A DNA stretch of 64,000 nucleotides, from positions 68,634,001 to 68,698,000 of the forward strand of contig OZ024744.1 of the NCBI GenBank assembly GCA_964016885.1, read 5' to 3'. Positions 38,062 to 50,876 of this stretch are shown one piece after another. Origin of the DNA: Eledone cirrhosa (lineage: Eukaryota). Position numbers and translations under genes: made by a program. Numbering within the stretch: the first letter of the stretch is position 1; the number at the start of each line of letters is the position of its first letter. Under the pieces are notes generated by a model. It was given only the letters and a program-made list of their open reading frames with translations, was not told the DNA's origin and searched no databases.

Positions 38062-38175
38062 CTACATATATATATGTGTGTGTGTGTGTGGTCAATAAAT
38101 AAAATAAACAAAACGCAAGAGGCAAATAATTATATATATATGTGTGTGTGTATGTATACATATATATATATGTAT

Positions 38176-38218
<43 letters not shown>

Positions 38219-38702
38219 CAGAGAGATTAGTAGAGAGGCAGGCAGAGATTGTATAACATACACATGTTTTTAGGTTTTAACAATTATTACATTAAATAGT
38301 TTAAATAGTTTAGCATTTATTCCCATACGTCCGTTTGTGTGTAATACGTCAAAGACAAGGTCATGTACACACCATACTGTAAATGTCACCCCTTGTCATT
38401 TGCTCATTTACATGTATTATACTAGTATATATGCACACATACACACATGCATACATTGCATACATGTACTTATGCATCAATATATATATATGTGTGTCTG
38501 TATGTGTACTGTATATATATACATATATATATGACATACATACACATATATATATGTGTCTGTCTGTGTGTGTCTGTATTTATATATATATATATATATA
38601 GCGTAAACATAACATAACTGTTTAAAAATTGTCTCGTGTGTATTGTTTGTCTCATTTATTAACTACACACACACACGCGCGCACACACACGCACAACACG
38701 CG

Positions 38703-38802
<100 letters not shown>

Positions 38803-38924
38803 GAAATATATATATATACTCACACATATAGACATACACACACACACACTCACATATATATATATATATTATGTGTGTGTGTATGTATGTTAATAAATAA
38901 AATAAACAAAACGCAGGAGGCAAA

Positions 38925-38977
<53 letters not shown>

Positions 38978-39417
38978 TAATAAATGAACAGAGAACAAAA
39001 AACAGAGAGGCAGTACAAATGATATTGTTTTTAGTTTCACGCTTGATAGTTGGGGGTATATATGTATGTGTGTGTGTGTGTGTTTATGCGTGTGTGTGGG
39101 GGTGTGGTGTGTGTGTGTGCTGAATGTGTATGCTGTATGAACAGACGGCTATATTGACAAAAACAAATATGTTTACCATAATGTCTTTAACTCAAGGAGA
39201 GAATATTCTCTCTGGCATAATGTTGTTTACATCTTAATAACTACGTCCGTGCAACTGTAAACTGGCAGAAGGCAAAGAAAGGTGAAAGAATCCTTGATGA
39301 CGTTTGATGAAAGTCGAAACTAGTTTGCTCCCACACCTCATGCGAATCAACTGAAAATACATTGAAACCTTACAACGTGGCATAACGTTCAAAGTCAGAG
39401 TAAGCTCTCTCTCTCAC

Positions 39418-39506
<89 letters not shown>

Positions 39507-39581
39507 ATATACATATATCTATTAATTTGAATTATCAATGCTTTCGGCAGTTGTCCATTGAGCTTTTCTAGTGAGAAACAT

Positions 39582-40116
<535 letters not shown>

Positions 40117-40122
<6 letters not shown>

Positions 40123-40797
40123 GGAAAAGTATGAAACGAAATTTCATTTCTCACTCTTAGTATGTCTGATACCTAAATATAAGTAAGTATACGTAATACA
40201 TATATGTGTAGAGACGCACCGTAGTATGTATATATATACATACATGCACACATATATATATCTACGTATGGGTTTACCGAACATTTATTATAATGTTCGG
40301 TGTGCATGTATGTATATATATACATACTACTGTACGTCTGTATACATATATGTATGTACGTATACATACTTAGATTTAAGTAAGTGCCGTACTAAGAGTG
40401 AGAAGCGAAATTTCGTTTCATTCTTTTCCATTTATTGATTTCGGTATGCCCGCCCGACTAACTCACTCGACATTCAAATTAGGCTGCTCCGCCGTTAATA
40501 TACATAAGGAAAGTATATACTTTCAGACGTTCAATCAACTGACAGAAAGGTATACGCTGCTGACGATAGCTAATAAGCTTGAAACTACTACATCGTTCCT
40601 GTGTCAGTGTTGAACAAAATGGCGACGATGGTTGCCGAGCACTGTACGGCGTAATTCGGGCTGTTTGTTTACAAACAAACCGAACATTATAATAAATGTT
40701 CGGTAAACCCATACGTACATATATATATGTGTGCATGTATATATATATAAACATACTACTGTGCGTCTGTACACATATAAGTATGTACGTTTACATA

Positions 40798-40800
<3 letters not shown>
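40117..40800 (+). repeat. Inverted plus partially tandem PLE-terminus-like unit
   Basis: 40117-40250 is inverted at 40301-40435; 40301-40370 recurs at 40730-40800; contains an HHR-like motif. Confidence 0.75.
40554..40596 (+). ncRNA. Degenerate minimal hammerhead
   Basis: ACGCUG-CUGACGA-UAGCU AAUA AGCUU-GAAA-CUAC-UA-CAUCGU. Confidence 0.6.
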
Positions 40801-40873
<73 letters not shown>

Positions 40874-40903
40874 TGAAAAATGGCGTGTTGTTGCAAATGT
40901 GAT

Positions 40904-41157
40904 ATACAAATTAAAATGAAGAATTAGAAATAGGACTATCCATCATCAGTGGTCTACTAGACAGCATAGGTATTTCTTCCCATTAAAGACCAGATACCTC
41001 AGGCTAGCGCGATACAACAATTAAAATAAGTTATTGGGATAAAAAGAATTGAGTGGAGAAAGAGAGACAGGTGTAAAAACACGAAGAAATACCTATGATG
41101 GCTAGTAGACCACTGATGATGGATAGTCCTATTTCCAATTCTTCATTTTAATTTGTA
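40904..41157. repeat. Inverted repeat, ~76-bp arms and ~100-bp spacer
   Basis: TACAAATTAAAATGAAGAATT...CATAGGTATTTCTTC versus GAAGAAATACCTATG...AATTCTTCATTTTAATTTGTA. Confidence 0.85.
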
Positions 41158-41271
41158 AATATATATATGTATAATTATGGAATACTGTTAGCTTCTCGCT
41201 ACAACAATTTCTATACTTTTCATTTATTTATATTTATATATGTATATATATTTATATATATATATATATAC

Positions 41272-41373
<102 letters not shown>

Positions 41374-41463
41374 GATATTAATAAGTGGAAATTATATTTA
41401 TAAAACCATATTTATTTCATTATACATATTTCAGGGATACCACATTAAATTATGGTATGCCTT

Positions 41464-41508
<45 letters not shown>

Positions 41509-41519
41509 CATATATATAT

Positions 41520-44043
41520 ATTGTTCCTGCTCAAGTTCCTTTATGATTGTGTCAGCCTCCAATTCAACTGAGTCTGAGTTGACAAGCTTCCCCTTCTTGA
41601 AAGTGGCTTTTGCACACTTGTCAAGTCCAAACTCCATCCTGATGTCATCGCTAAACGTTTTTACTGTCCGCAAAAGGCCTTCCAGTTCGTCATTATCTTT
41701 GCAATATAGCTTCAAATGATCCATATAAAATAGGTGGCTTATTTTTTGTTGTCAATTCTATAACCGTACCCTATTCTATTAAGTTCGGATGTAAGGGGTA
41801 TTAAAGCTATGCAGAAAAGCAAGGGTGAAATTGAGTCACCCTGGAATATACCACAGTTGATGTTTATATTCCTGGAGCACAGTGCCCCAGTGGAATGAGA
41901 CAATTGGAGATTTGTGTTCCATAATGACATATTGTGTTTCAGGAAGTTTGAGATCACAAGTGAGATTTTGAAGATGTCCAGTGATTTCAGAATCCATGAG
42001 TGTGGTATGCTGTCAAAGGCTTTTTTTATAATCGATCCATGCAGAACTGAGATTTCTGTGTTTATTATGACAGTTCTAAAAGGATTATATGATTAATCAA
42101 AAGTTGATCTTTGCAACCATATGAACCTCGTCGGCACCGTTTTTGTTCAATGGGGAAAAGATTGTTCTCCTCCCAAAACACGTATGCTTTTTCCATGAGA
42201 ATAGAGGTTAATAGTTTATAAGTGGTGGACAAGCAGGTTATGCGCCGATAGTTTTGGGGATCTTTGGTTTCGTTGTTCTTTGGTAGAAGGTAGGTAATGC
42301 CACTTTCTATCCAATCAGGTGCATTTTTTGGATCTTTCATAATTCCATTAAACAGCACGACTTATACATTGTGAGTGCACGGGAGTGAGGAAAACCAGAA
42401 ATTTGGCACCCTGTCTCTACCATGAGATTTCCATTTATGAGATTTATTGAGTGCTGTCCTTAAGTCCGCTATAGAGATGTCTTCTCTCGCCTGTTCTTCT
42501 AAATTTGTGTAGGATTTTTCCAGGCGACTAATCCAATCTACATTAGCATTATATTTCTTCTCATCATTCCAAATCTTACTCCAGAAGTTTTCAACTTCTT
42601 CTATGGACTTCAATAATTATTTTTTTCTTCCTTACTTCTCTATATAATTGTTTCTACTTTAGGCACAAGGCCAGCAATTACCCAGTGCATTACTGGTACT
42701 TTATTTTATCGACCCCGTAAGGATGAAAGGCAAAGTCAACCTCGGCGGGATTTGAACTTCTCTATATAATGACTTGGTATTGGATGAGAAGAACTTATTT
42801 TGCCTGTAGAAGTTGTTTCGCTTCTCGAATCTACGAATTCGTTGGGCTTTTACTTGGACTTTTTGTTTCAGAGGTTCTTTTGTTGAAACTATTGCTTCTC
42901 TAGAAGACAGTCCATATTCTCTCTTTAGCTTTCTTACCTTCTTGGATCTTATATCATTTCCAGCGTTTAACTCACTCAATAAAGATATTTCTCCTCACAT
43001 TACGTCAATCTCCTTTTCGATTCTACTCCTCCAAATTGGTTTACATCGAAGGTTCGACATTTTTTTGTTTTTTTGGTGGTAAACAACTTGTTTCAATTAC
43101 TCTAGCAGATGCATAAATGATTTCATTTAACTCAGTAAGATCAGGTTCTAGTTCTTCTATGATTTCTTTAGTCACAGAATTACCAATCATTATTTGTTTT
43201 CTATTTTTGATTGTATTTGAGAGTTTTTGAAGTGGTTCTCTATCATTTATACTAGAATGTCTTACTACTGCAAGCTCATTCAATATTTTTTGCTTTAATT
43301 CCTTCATAGTCTGCGTTTTCTTCAGCAGATATTTAGTTTTCAATTACTGTTTCTAAGTCCCCCTCCTGGCTATTTTCAGTGGGTTCAATAGGGTTTCTCA
43401 TTTCTACAAACCTATTTGTGATTAGGTCAGATGGAGGTCTTTCAGTAAAGAGTTGTGACTGGTTACTATCTCCAGGAGATTCTACAGTTCTTTCATCATT
43501 TATATTTATGTCATTCTCCACAGCCTGCTTGATCGCAGTTAGTTCAGTGTCTGTGAGTCTATTATTTCTGAAAATATACCTCCTTACATTTGCCAACTTA
43601 TTTCCATCCATATCACGTCTGCTAGCTTGATTCCGAGTTTTCCAGATTTTGTAGCAGTTTAAAGTGTCTCTGTCTTGTGAAGGCTTGCATATATTACTTC
43701 TTTATACTCTTCTCGGGTCCATTTCATCCATTTAGGTTTTTCTTTTTGAGGTGGTTTGGGTGGTGGATCTGGAGGGCTCGAGTTGGTGAAATTCCCGATC
43801 AAGTGACCCTCCAGGTCCATAATTGGAGAAGAGTTTGTGCCAGAGGAGGACTTTTCGATCTCAGGCTGGCACCTTCCTGACGGACGCGCTTCCTGATTAA
43901 CGATAGGAAAAGCGATTTGGTATTGTGTATTAATTTTTATTTGTTCATCTCGCAGTAAATGCTTGCGTTACGCAAGGCACTGGACGTACATGGAAAGTTA
44001 CCAGGCTCTTTGGGTAGTGCATTTGCTGGCTGGCACTGAGATC
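41520..44043 (-). mobile_element. R4/Dong-type LINE, 5' and RT portion
   Basis: [42 protein letters not shown]; 3' part missing. Confidence 0.88.
42649..42755 (-). mobile_element. 5'-truncated SINE S1 with a 15-bp TSD
   Basis: TSD ACTTCTCTATATAAT at 42634-42648 and 42756-42770. Confidence 0.92.
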
Positions 44044-44170
44044 ATTATTACTATTATAACAGTATAGTTATGGTCATTGCTGTTGTTGATGGAGGTGATA
44101 TTGTTATGGTTGCAGCTATAAGAGGTGTACGAGAATTTTCTGAACTTTTATTATTATTATTATTATTATT

Positions 44171-47100
44171 CTTTGAGTCTCAGTCATTGATGTTAGTTAA
44201 CTGAAAAGTTTGTTGAAATGAATATCAAGCCACTACCTGCAGCCTCAGATATTCAGGAAGTATCGGAGGGTTCTTGCTGTTCCCAGCAAGCATGACTTTT
44301 GAAGCGTTCCAAAAAGAGTGAAGGGGCCAATTTTCTTTAACCATCCCTGGAAACTTTTTGAGATAGTACCTAGTGCGCCTATGACAATCGGGACCACTTT
44401 GACTTCATGGCAGTTCCAAATCCTTTTTACCTCCCACTTTAAGTCCTGGTATCGGTTAATTTTCTTCCTCTCCTTCTCTTGCACTCTCGTGTCGAATGGG
44501 CAGGCCATATCCACAATCAAGCACGATCTTTTTTCTTTGTCCAAAACCACCAAGTGTTCCAGTTTCTTGTATGTCTGTATCCTAAAATCCCACAGCACCT
44601 TCACCTGATCGTTTTCTATCACCGACTCTGGTTTATGCTCATACCACTTCTTAGAATGTGGTAAATTGTTTACTTTGCATAGGTGCCAGTGGATCACCCT
44701 GCCCATCACATCATGTCTCCAGCCCTTATAGTGAGTCTGGGCTAGGTGTTTACACTCTGATACAATGTGAGCCACAGTCTCCTCTCTCTCTCCACAGATC
44801 CTGCACAGTGGGCTAACCTCCTCCTTTTAAATATGGTATTTCAACCACTTCGTTTTGAGGGCCTGCTCTTGTGCAGCCATTAACATTCCTTCTGTAGCCT
44901 TTTCAAGGTCTCCTCTTTTCAACCAGTTCCATGTCTATGGATCTCTGAATTCAGTTTTCTCCAAGAAGGTACTATGAAGGGATTTTTCCTGAAGGCTGCT
45001 CTTTCTCATGGTTTTTATTTCCTCCCTGGACGTCCCCTGGTCTATTGTCCTCTCCTTCAGTACAGTTCTGAGCATTGGCTCCTTACTATCAGTCACGTAT
45101 TTGTGTAGGTTGTTTTTCTCCACCTGAACACAGTCCTCTATGCTGATAAGACCTCTTCCACCTTCAGATCTCCTTAAGTAAAGTCTATCGACATCACTCT
45201 TCTTGTGGAACATGTTGTAGATAGTCAATAGCTTCCTAGTCTTCCTATCCATTTCTTTTTGTTCAGCAACATTCCACCTCAGAATTCCCGCACTGTACCT
45301 AATAATAGACACAGCTCGGGAATTTACTGCGCTTATGGCATTTCTGCTGTTCAGATGTGACTTCAATACGCTCCTTACTCTCCGAATGTATTCAGATCTT
45401 ATCAATTCCTTTATTATTTTATTGTTGATGTCATCAGCCTCCAGAACACCTAAATATTTATATCCTTCTTCAGTGTCAATTTCTTTATCATCTCACCTGT
45501 TGGTACCTGGATTCTGTTAGTTCTGCTCAATTTACCCCTCTTCATCACAAGGACTCCACACTTACTAATACCAAATTGCATACATATATCATTGCTGAAA
45601 ATACGGACAGTGTCAACAAGCACACCCAACTCCTTCTCACTCTTCCCGAAGAGCTTAAGATCGTCCATGAAGAGAAGGTGATTGATGGTAAGCTCTCCCT
45701 TTCCCAACTTGTATCCTGCTCTTACTTTTCGCAATATAATGGTCAGGGGCATCAGGGCAAGGACAAACAACAGAGGGGACAGACTATCTCCCTGGAAGAT
45801 ACCTCTCTTGATCTTCACGCTTCCAAGGATTCTCCATCCGATGTTAACTCTGTTTTCCATACATTTGCTCAACAACTGTCTGATGTTTTCTGCCACCTTG
45901 AAGATCTCTAGAGCTTTGGTGATCCAAGAATGAGACACCATGTCAAATGCCTTTTTGTAGTCTATCCATCCCATGGCAAGACCAGTGTATCTCCTCCTGC
46001 AATTCCTCATTACCATCTTATCAATAAGTAACGGGTCCTTTGTACCACGGGACTTCTTTCGTCATCCTTTCTGTTCGTCCGGTAACAAGTTGTTTATGGG
46101 GAGGTGATGGTAGATTTCCTCAGACACAATGCTTGTTAACAGTTTCCACATTACGGACAGACATGTGATAGGTCTATAGTTGGTAACACCATTACCCTTG
46201 ATTCGGTCTTTCATTACCAGAACTGTGGTACCTTTTGTCAACCACTCTGGTACTTCACATGACATCAAGCAGTCATTGAACATGGTTGTCAGTTTCGGGT
46301 GGAGGGATGTTATATTTTTAATCCAATACCCCTACACACAATCTGGGCCTGGTGATTTCCAGTCGGTTAGTTTTTTGACTTGCCCCTTAAGAGTTTCAAC
46401 TGTGATACTCAAATCAGTTTGTTGGTGTACCTGTTCACTAATCTCCTTTTGTACTGTCTCAATCCACACTGCCTGATCATTGTTTTTAACATCCTGCTCC
46501 CATATTCCTCTCCCGAATGTCTTAGTTTATTCCGCCTCAGGGATCAAGTCGTTGCCTCTTTCGTTCCCTTCAAGCTGTCCAAACAGCATCTTCTGGTTGT
46601 TGTCAAACATGCGGTTCTGTCTATACTGACTGACTCTGCTCTCGTATCGCCTAATCTTTGCGCTCTTTGCTACAATGCGTTGCTTCAGTTCCTCTATGAT
46701 ATTATTTAGCTTTTTCCTCCTAGTTTTGTACTTTATTTCCAGTCTATTTTTAGTGTCCCATTCACTAGGGACTCAAGCTTTCCAATATCATTTCTCATTT
46801 CCCTGATTGGACCATTCAGTCGTTTCTTCCACCAAGGTTCTTATCTTTCTTGTTTGTTGTTTCCTCTCGCTTTTATGTCAAGTAATTTCCTCACCGCATT
46901 TGCTGTTGCTTTGAGGATATTGTTGCACTGGTGAAGGCTCCTCGCCTCAAGGTATGGGATGACTTTGTTTACCTTAGCTGTTGCTTCTTTTAACTCTTTC
47001 CTGTCTACAAATCTTAGGTTCATAGGTTTCCCACTATCTTTGTTCATTTCATCTATCACTAAGTTTAGGATATCAACCAAATCTTGTCCTAGCCCGTCAG

Positions 47101-47328
47101 CATTCATTTCCTCATTAGCCGTGTCTTTGTTCCAGGTATTATGTATTTCAGCATTCAGATCATTGTCTGCTTCGGATGGTTCCTCCGTTCTCTCAACCTC
47201 TTCACCTTCATTTCCCACTGGCTCGTTTGCCTGGCATACTCCACACTCCATTTCCAACTGCTCAGTTCCTCCAGTTCCAGCTCGCTTATCCACCCATTAG
47301 CCATTATTACCCGAGCCTGCCCGGCCAA

Positions 47329-47330
<2 letters not shown>
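44171..47330 (-). mobile_element. R4/Dong-type LINE, near complete, decayed
   Basis: [43 protein letters not shown]...K..Y; (TAA)n at both ends. Confidence 0.92.
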
Positions 47331-47363
<33 letters not shown>

Positions 47364-47375
47364 GTTATTGTTATT

Positions 47376-48377
47376 CCTTGAATCTCAGTCATTGATGTTG
47401 GTTAACTGGAAAGTCCGTTGGATTGAATATCAAGCCACTACCTGCAGCCTCAGATATTCAGGACGTATCGGAGGGTTCTTGCCGTTCCAAGCAAGCATGC
47501 CTTTTGAAGCGTTCCAAAAAGCGTGAAGGGGCCGATTTTCTTTAACCATCCCTGGAAACCTTTGGAGATAGTCCCCAGTGCGCCTATGACAATCGGGATC
47601 ACTTTGACTTCATGGCAGTTCCAAATCCTTTTCACCTCCCACTTTAGGTCCTGGTATCGGTTAATTTTCTCCCTCTCCTTCTCTTGCACTCTCGTGTCGA
47701 ACGGGCAGGCCACATCCACAATCAGGCACGATCTTTTTTCTTTGTCCACAACCACCAGGTCAGGTCTATTGTGTTCCAGTTTTTTGTCCGTCTGTATCCT
47801 AAAATCCCACAGCACCTTCACCTGAATGTTCTCCATCACCGCCTCTGGCCTATGCTCATACCATTTCTCAGAGTGTGGTAGATTGTTTACTTTGCACAGG
47901 TGCCAGTGGATCACCCTGCCCATCACATCGTGTCTCCAGCCCTTATAGTGGGTCTGGGCTAGGTGTTTACACTCGGACACAATGTGAGCCACAGTCTCCT
48001 CTCTCTCTCCACAGATCCTGCACAGTGGGCTAGCCTCCTCCTTGTAGATATGGTGCTTCAACCACTTCGTTTTGAGGGCCTGCTCCTGCGCAGCCATTAG
48101 CATTCCTTCTGTAGCCTTTTTGAGGTCTCCTCTTCTCAACCAGTTCCATGTCTGTGGATCTCTAAATTCAGTTTTCTCAAAGAAGGTACTATGAAGGGAT
48201 TTTCCCTTAAGGCTGCTCTTCCTCCTTGATGTTATTTCCTCCTTGGGTATCCCCTGGCCTACTGTCCCCTCCTTCAGTACAGCTCTGAGCATTGGCTCCT
48301 TACTATAGGTCACGTATTTGTATAGGTTGTTTTTCTCCATCTGAACACAGTCCTCTATGCTGATAAGACCTCTTCCA
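47376..48377 (-). mobile_element. 5'-truncated copy of the same R4/Dong family (open 296-aa C-terminus at 47450-48340)
   Basis: CRICGEREETVAHIVSEC, RHD, HNRPDLVV..IVDVACP; (TAA)n at both ends. Confidence 0.92.
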
Positions 48378-48426
<49 letters not shown>

Positions 48427-48633
48427 GGCGACCTACGTAGGAAATCGTATTATCGTGAGCTCCGCAAAGGTTTGTTATTTCCGTTTGTTAAAAATTGTCA
48501 TTTATGGAAAATTTTATTGTTAACTGTTTATAAGCGCACATACATTGTTTTCCGAAAAGGACACCCGAAAAGATTGGGGCCTTGTGCCCAAAGTTTAAAC
48601 TTTTATTATTATCAAAAAATTTCTTTGAAAAGA

Positions 48634-50181
48634 ATGGCTAATTCACCTCTGCAACAAGCAGCTGAAAGCCTTCCTCACAAATTAACACCTCACACCGACA
48701 CCACCATTGTAAATGTTACTACGTTTGCCAACACAAAAAAAAATATAAGCAGTAGCAATATTTTAAATTTGTCTCAGGCAGACATTCATTTCCTGCCATT
48801 ACCAATGACTGCAGGTGTTAAAGCCTCCACCACCACCACCACCGCGACAACCACCACCCCCACCACCACCGCGACAACAAAAACAAAAGAAGAAAAAAAT
48901 AAATTAACACGTGATGTTGAAATGAAATCAAGCAAAATGGTCTCTTCCGCACCAAAGACGACTGACGTCACCACCACCATAACTGAAACTAAAATTAATA
49001 TTAACACAAATAACGATAGCAACAACAACAACAATGACATTATAAAACCGACCCTCAGTTTCGCCATAGTAGCAAAACAATTCGAAGCATTCACGGTAAC
49101 TCAAGAGGATTTAGAAAATGCCAAACAAATGGTAAAGAAAGATGGGTACAGGGTCAGCCTCACCCCTCCACCTAATAAAATGGAGCATCAGCGCCTATGC
49201 ACCGTGTCGTATAGAACAATAAATGTAAAATCGCGCCGAGTGGAACGGGCATCCGAGTCCCAAATCCAAAAAGCTTTCGGACATGTGTGGGCAAGAAAAA
49301 CCCACATCAGACGTGGACAAAAGTATGGAACCGTGGATGTGTTCTTTGAAACACCAGAGGAGGCTAGAGAACACTCCATGGCCCCATTAAAAAGTGACGA
49401 CTTCACACTCGTCCCAAGCTATTGTGGCCAGAGACTCGTAAAGATCAGGGTGACCCACGTTCCACCGGCCATCGAAATTCCCTGGCTAATAGCGGCTGTC
49501 CTCGCCGGCATCGAAGCCAACACGAAAATAATAGCAATAGCAAAAGAAAAGCAGGAAAACTGGTCCGGATCTGGGATGGAGCTCCTAATCCAAGCGGACC
49601 AAAAAAGCATTGAGGAGATCCCAGAGGTAATAGACCTCACTGACGGCAGCCACCTCACGGTAATTGTCGAGAGCAGAAGACATAGGTGTGTCGTTTGTGG
49701 TGAAGGAACCCACCTAAGGGCTTTCTGCCCTCAGGCTAAAAGGTTGAGGCCACCTCTCCTACCCACCCCAGTGACACAACCATCAACACCACCAGTAGCA
49801 GAGATGGCAGCAACAACTGTAGCAGCAACAACAGAAGCAACTATAACAGCAACAACTGTAGCAGCAACAACAGAAGCAACTATAACAGCAACAACCCCAG
49901 CAACAGTAGCAAAACCAACACCACTACCACCACCAGCAAAACCAACACCACCACCACCCAACGCTTCAGAACTAGCACCAGCGCCTACACCATCCACCAC
50001 ACCACAACCAAAACTAACGGCTGTGGAGGATTTTCCACTCCCCGGCCTATCACAACTGGAGACAGATTGTGACGACGAGGAGTGGGAAACGATATCCGGA
50101 AAAAAAAAAGAAACCAAAAAAGAAAAAATTCTCTTCCTTCCCCCTCCAAAAACAAAATACAGAGGGAAACAAATAAACTAA
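48634..50181 (+). CDS. Tx1 family B ORF1 (RRM-like region, CCHC knuckle CVVCGEGTHLRAFC, Pro/Thr-rich); C-terminus continues in the -1 frame
   Basis: Open frame from ATG 48634; the continuation 50082-50842 is interrupted by a SINE. Confidence 0.8.
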   Translation: MANSPLQQAAESLPHKLTPHTDTTIVNVTTFANTKKNISSSNILNLSQADIHFLPLPMTAGVKASTTTTTATTTTPTTTATTKTKEEKNKLTRDVEMKSSKMVSSAPKTTDVTTTITETKININTNNDSNNNNNDIIKPTLSFAIVAKQFEAFTVTQEDLENAKQMVKKDGYRVSLTPPPNKMEHQRLCTVSYRTINVKSRRVERASESQIQKAFGHVWARKTHIRRGQKYGTVDVFFETPEEAREHSMAPLKSDDFTLVPSYCGQRLVKIRVTHVPPAIEIPWLIAAVLAGIEANTKIIAIAKEKQENWSGSGMELLIQADQKSIEEIPEVIDLTDGSHLTVIVESRRHRCVVCGEGTHLRAFCPQAKRLRPPLLPTPVTQPSTPPVAEMAATTVAATTEATITATTVAATTEATITATTPATVAKPTPLPPPAKPTPPPPNASELAPAPTPSTTPQPKLTAVEDFPLPGLSQLETDCDDEEWETISGKKKETKKEKILFLPPPKTKYRGKQIN

Positions 50182-50385
50182 GAAACAAAAAAGTTAGGAC
50201 AGATATGCCACCATCCACACCAGCATCACCAACCCCATCAACCCAAACACCAACACCATCACCATCATTAACTCCAACACCACCATCACCTACACCACAA
50301 AAGTCACCAAAATGCGAAACAGAAACAAACCCACAACAAACGCAAACAAAACAAAACAACCAAAACGATACAACTACACAGCATT

Positions 50386-50562
50386 TGGCAGTATCTGTAG
50401 AGGGTCGGACGCCATGCTTTCCAGCATAGTTACGTCCCTTTACGATCTGAGTTCAAATCCCGCCGAGGTTGACTTTGCCTTTCATCCTTACGGGGTCGAT
50501 AAAATAAAGTACCAGTAATGCACTGGTAATTTCTGGCCTTGTGCCTAAAAGTAGAAACAATT
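50386..50562 (+). mobile_element. SINE S1 inserted in Tx1 ORF1
   Basis: The empty site ACAGCATTAAATTTG is visible in the second Tx1-B copy near 57561. Confidence 0.93.
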
Positions 50563-50876
50563 AAATTTGAACAACAAGCAATTATTACACTACATCCAAC
50601 ACAACACCAGCATCACAGAAAGAGACTACACAACAACCCCAAAATTCACACCACCTCCACACATACAAATCACTCGCATCACACAGAAGACGTACATGAC
50701 ACTAAAACAAAAATTCCCCAAAGACATCGGAGACTTCCGACAAGCACTCTCCAGGAGGATTTATAAGGACATCCTTCCTGAGGAGGCCACAAGCAGTGAA
50801 AAGGATGGAAAAACCGTCCTTCCCCTACGAGAAGTAAGGTAAGTGGTCTTTCCCATCTTTTCCACTCCTTTTCAAC

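Noticed and set aside
43945-44045. HDV-like ribozyme at the 5' end of the R4/Dong element
   Set aside because: Hairpins are present but I could not assemble the P1/P1.1/P3 pseudoknot.
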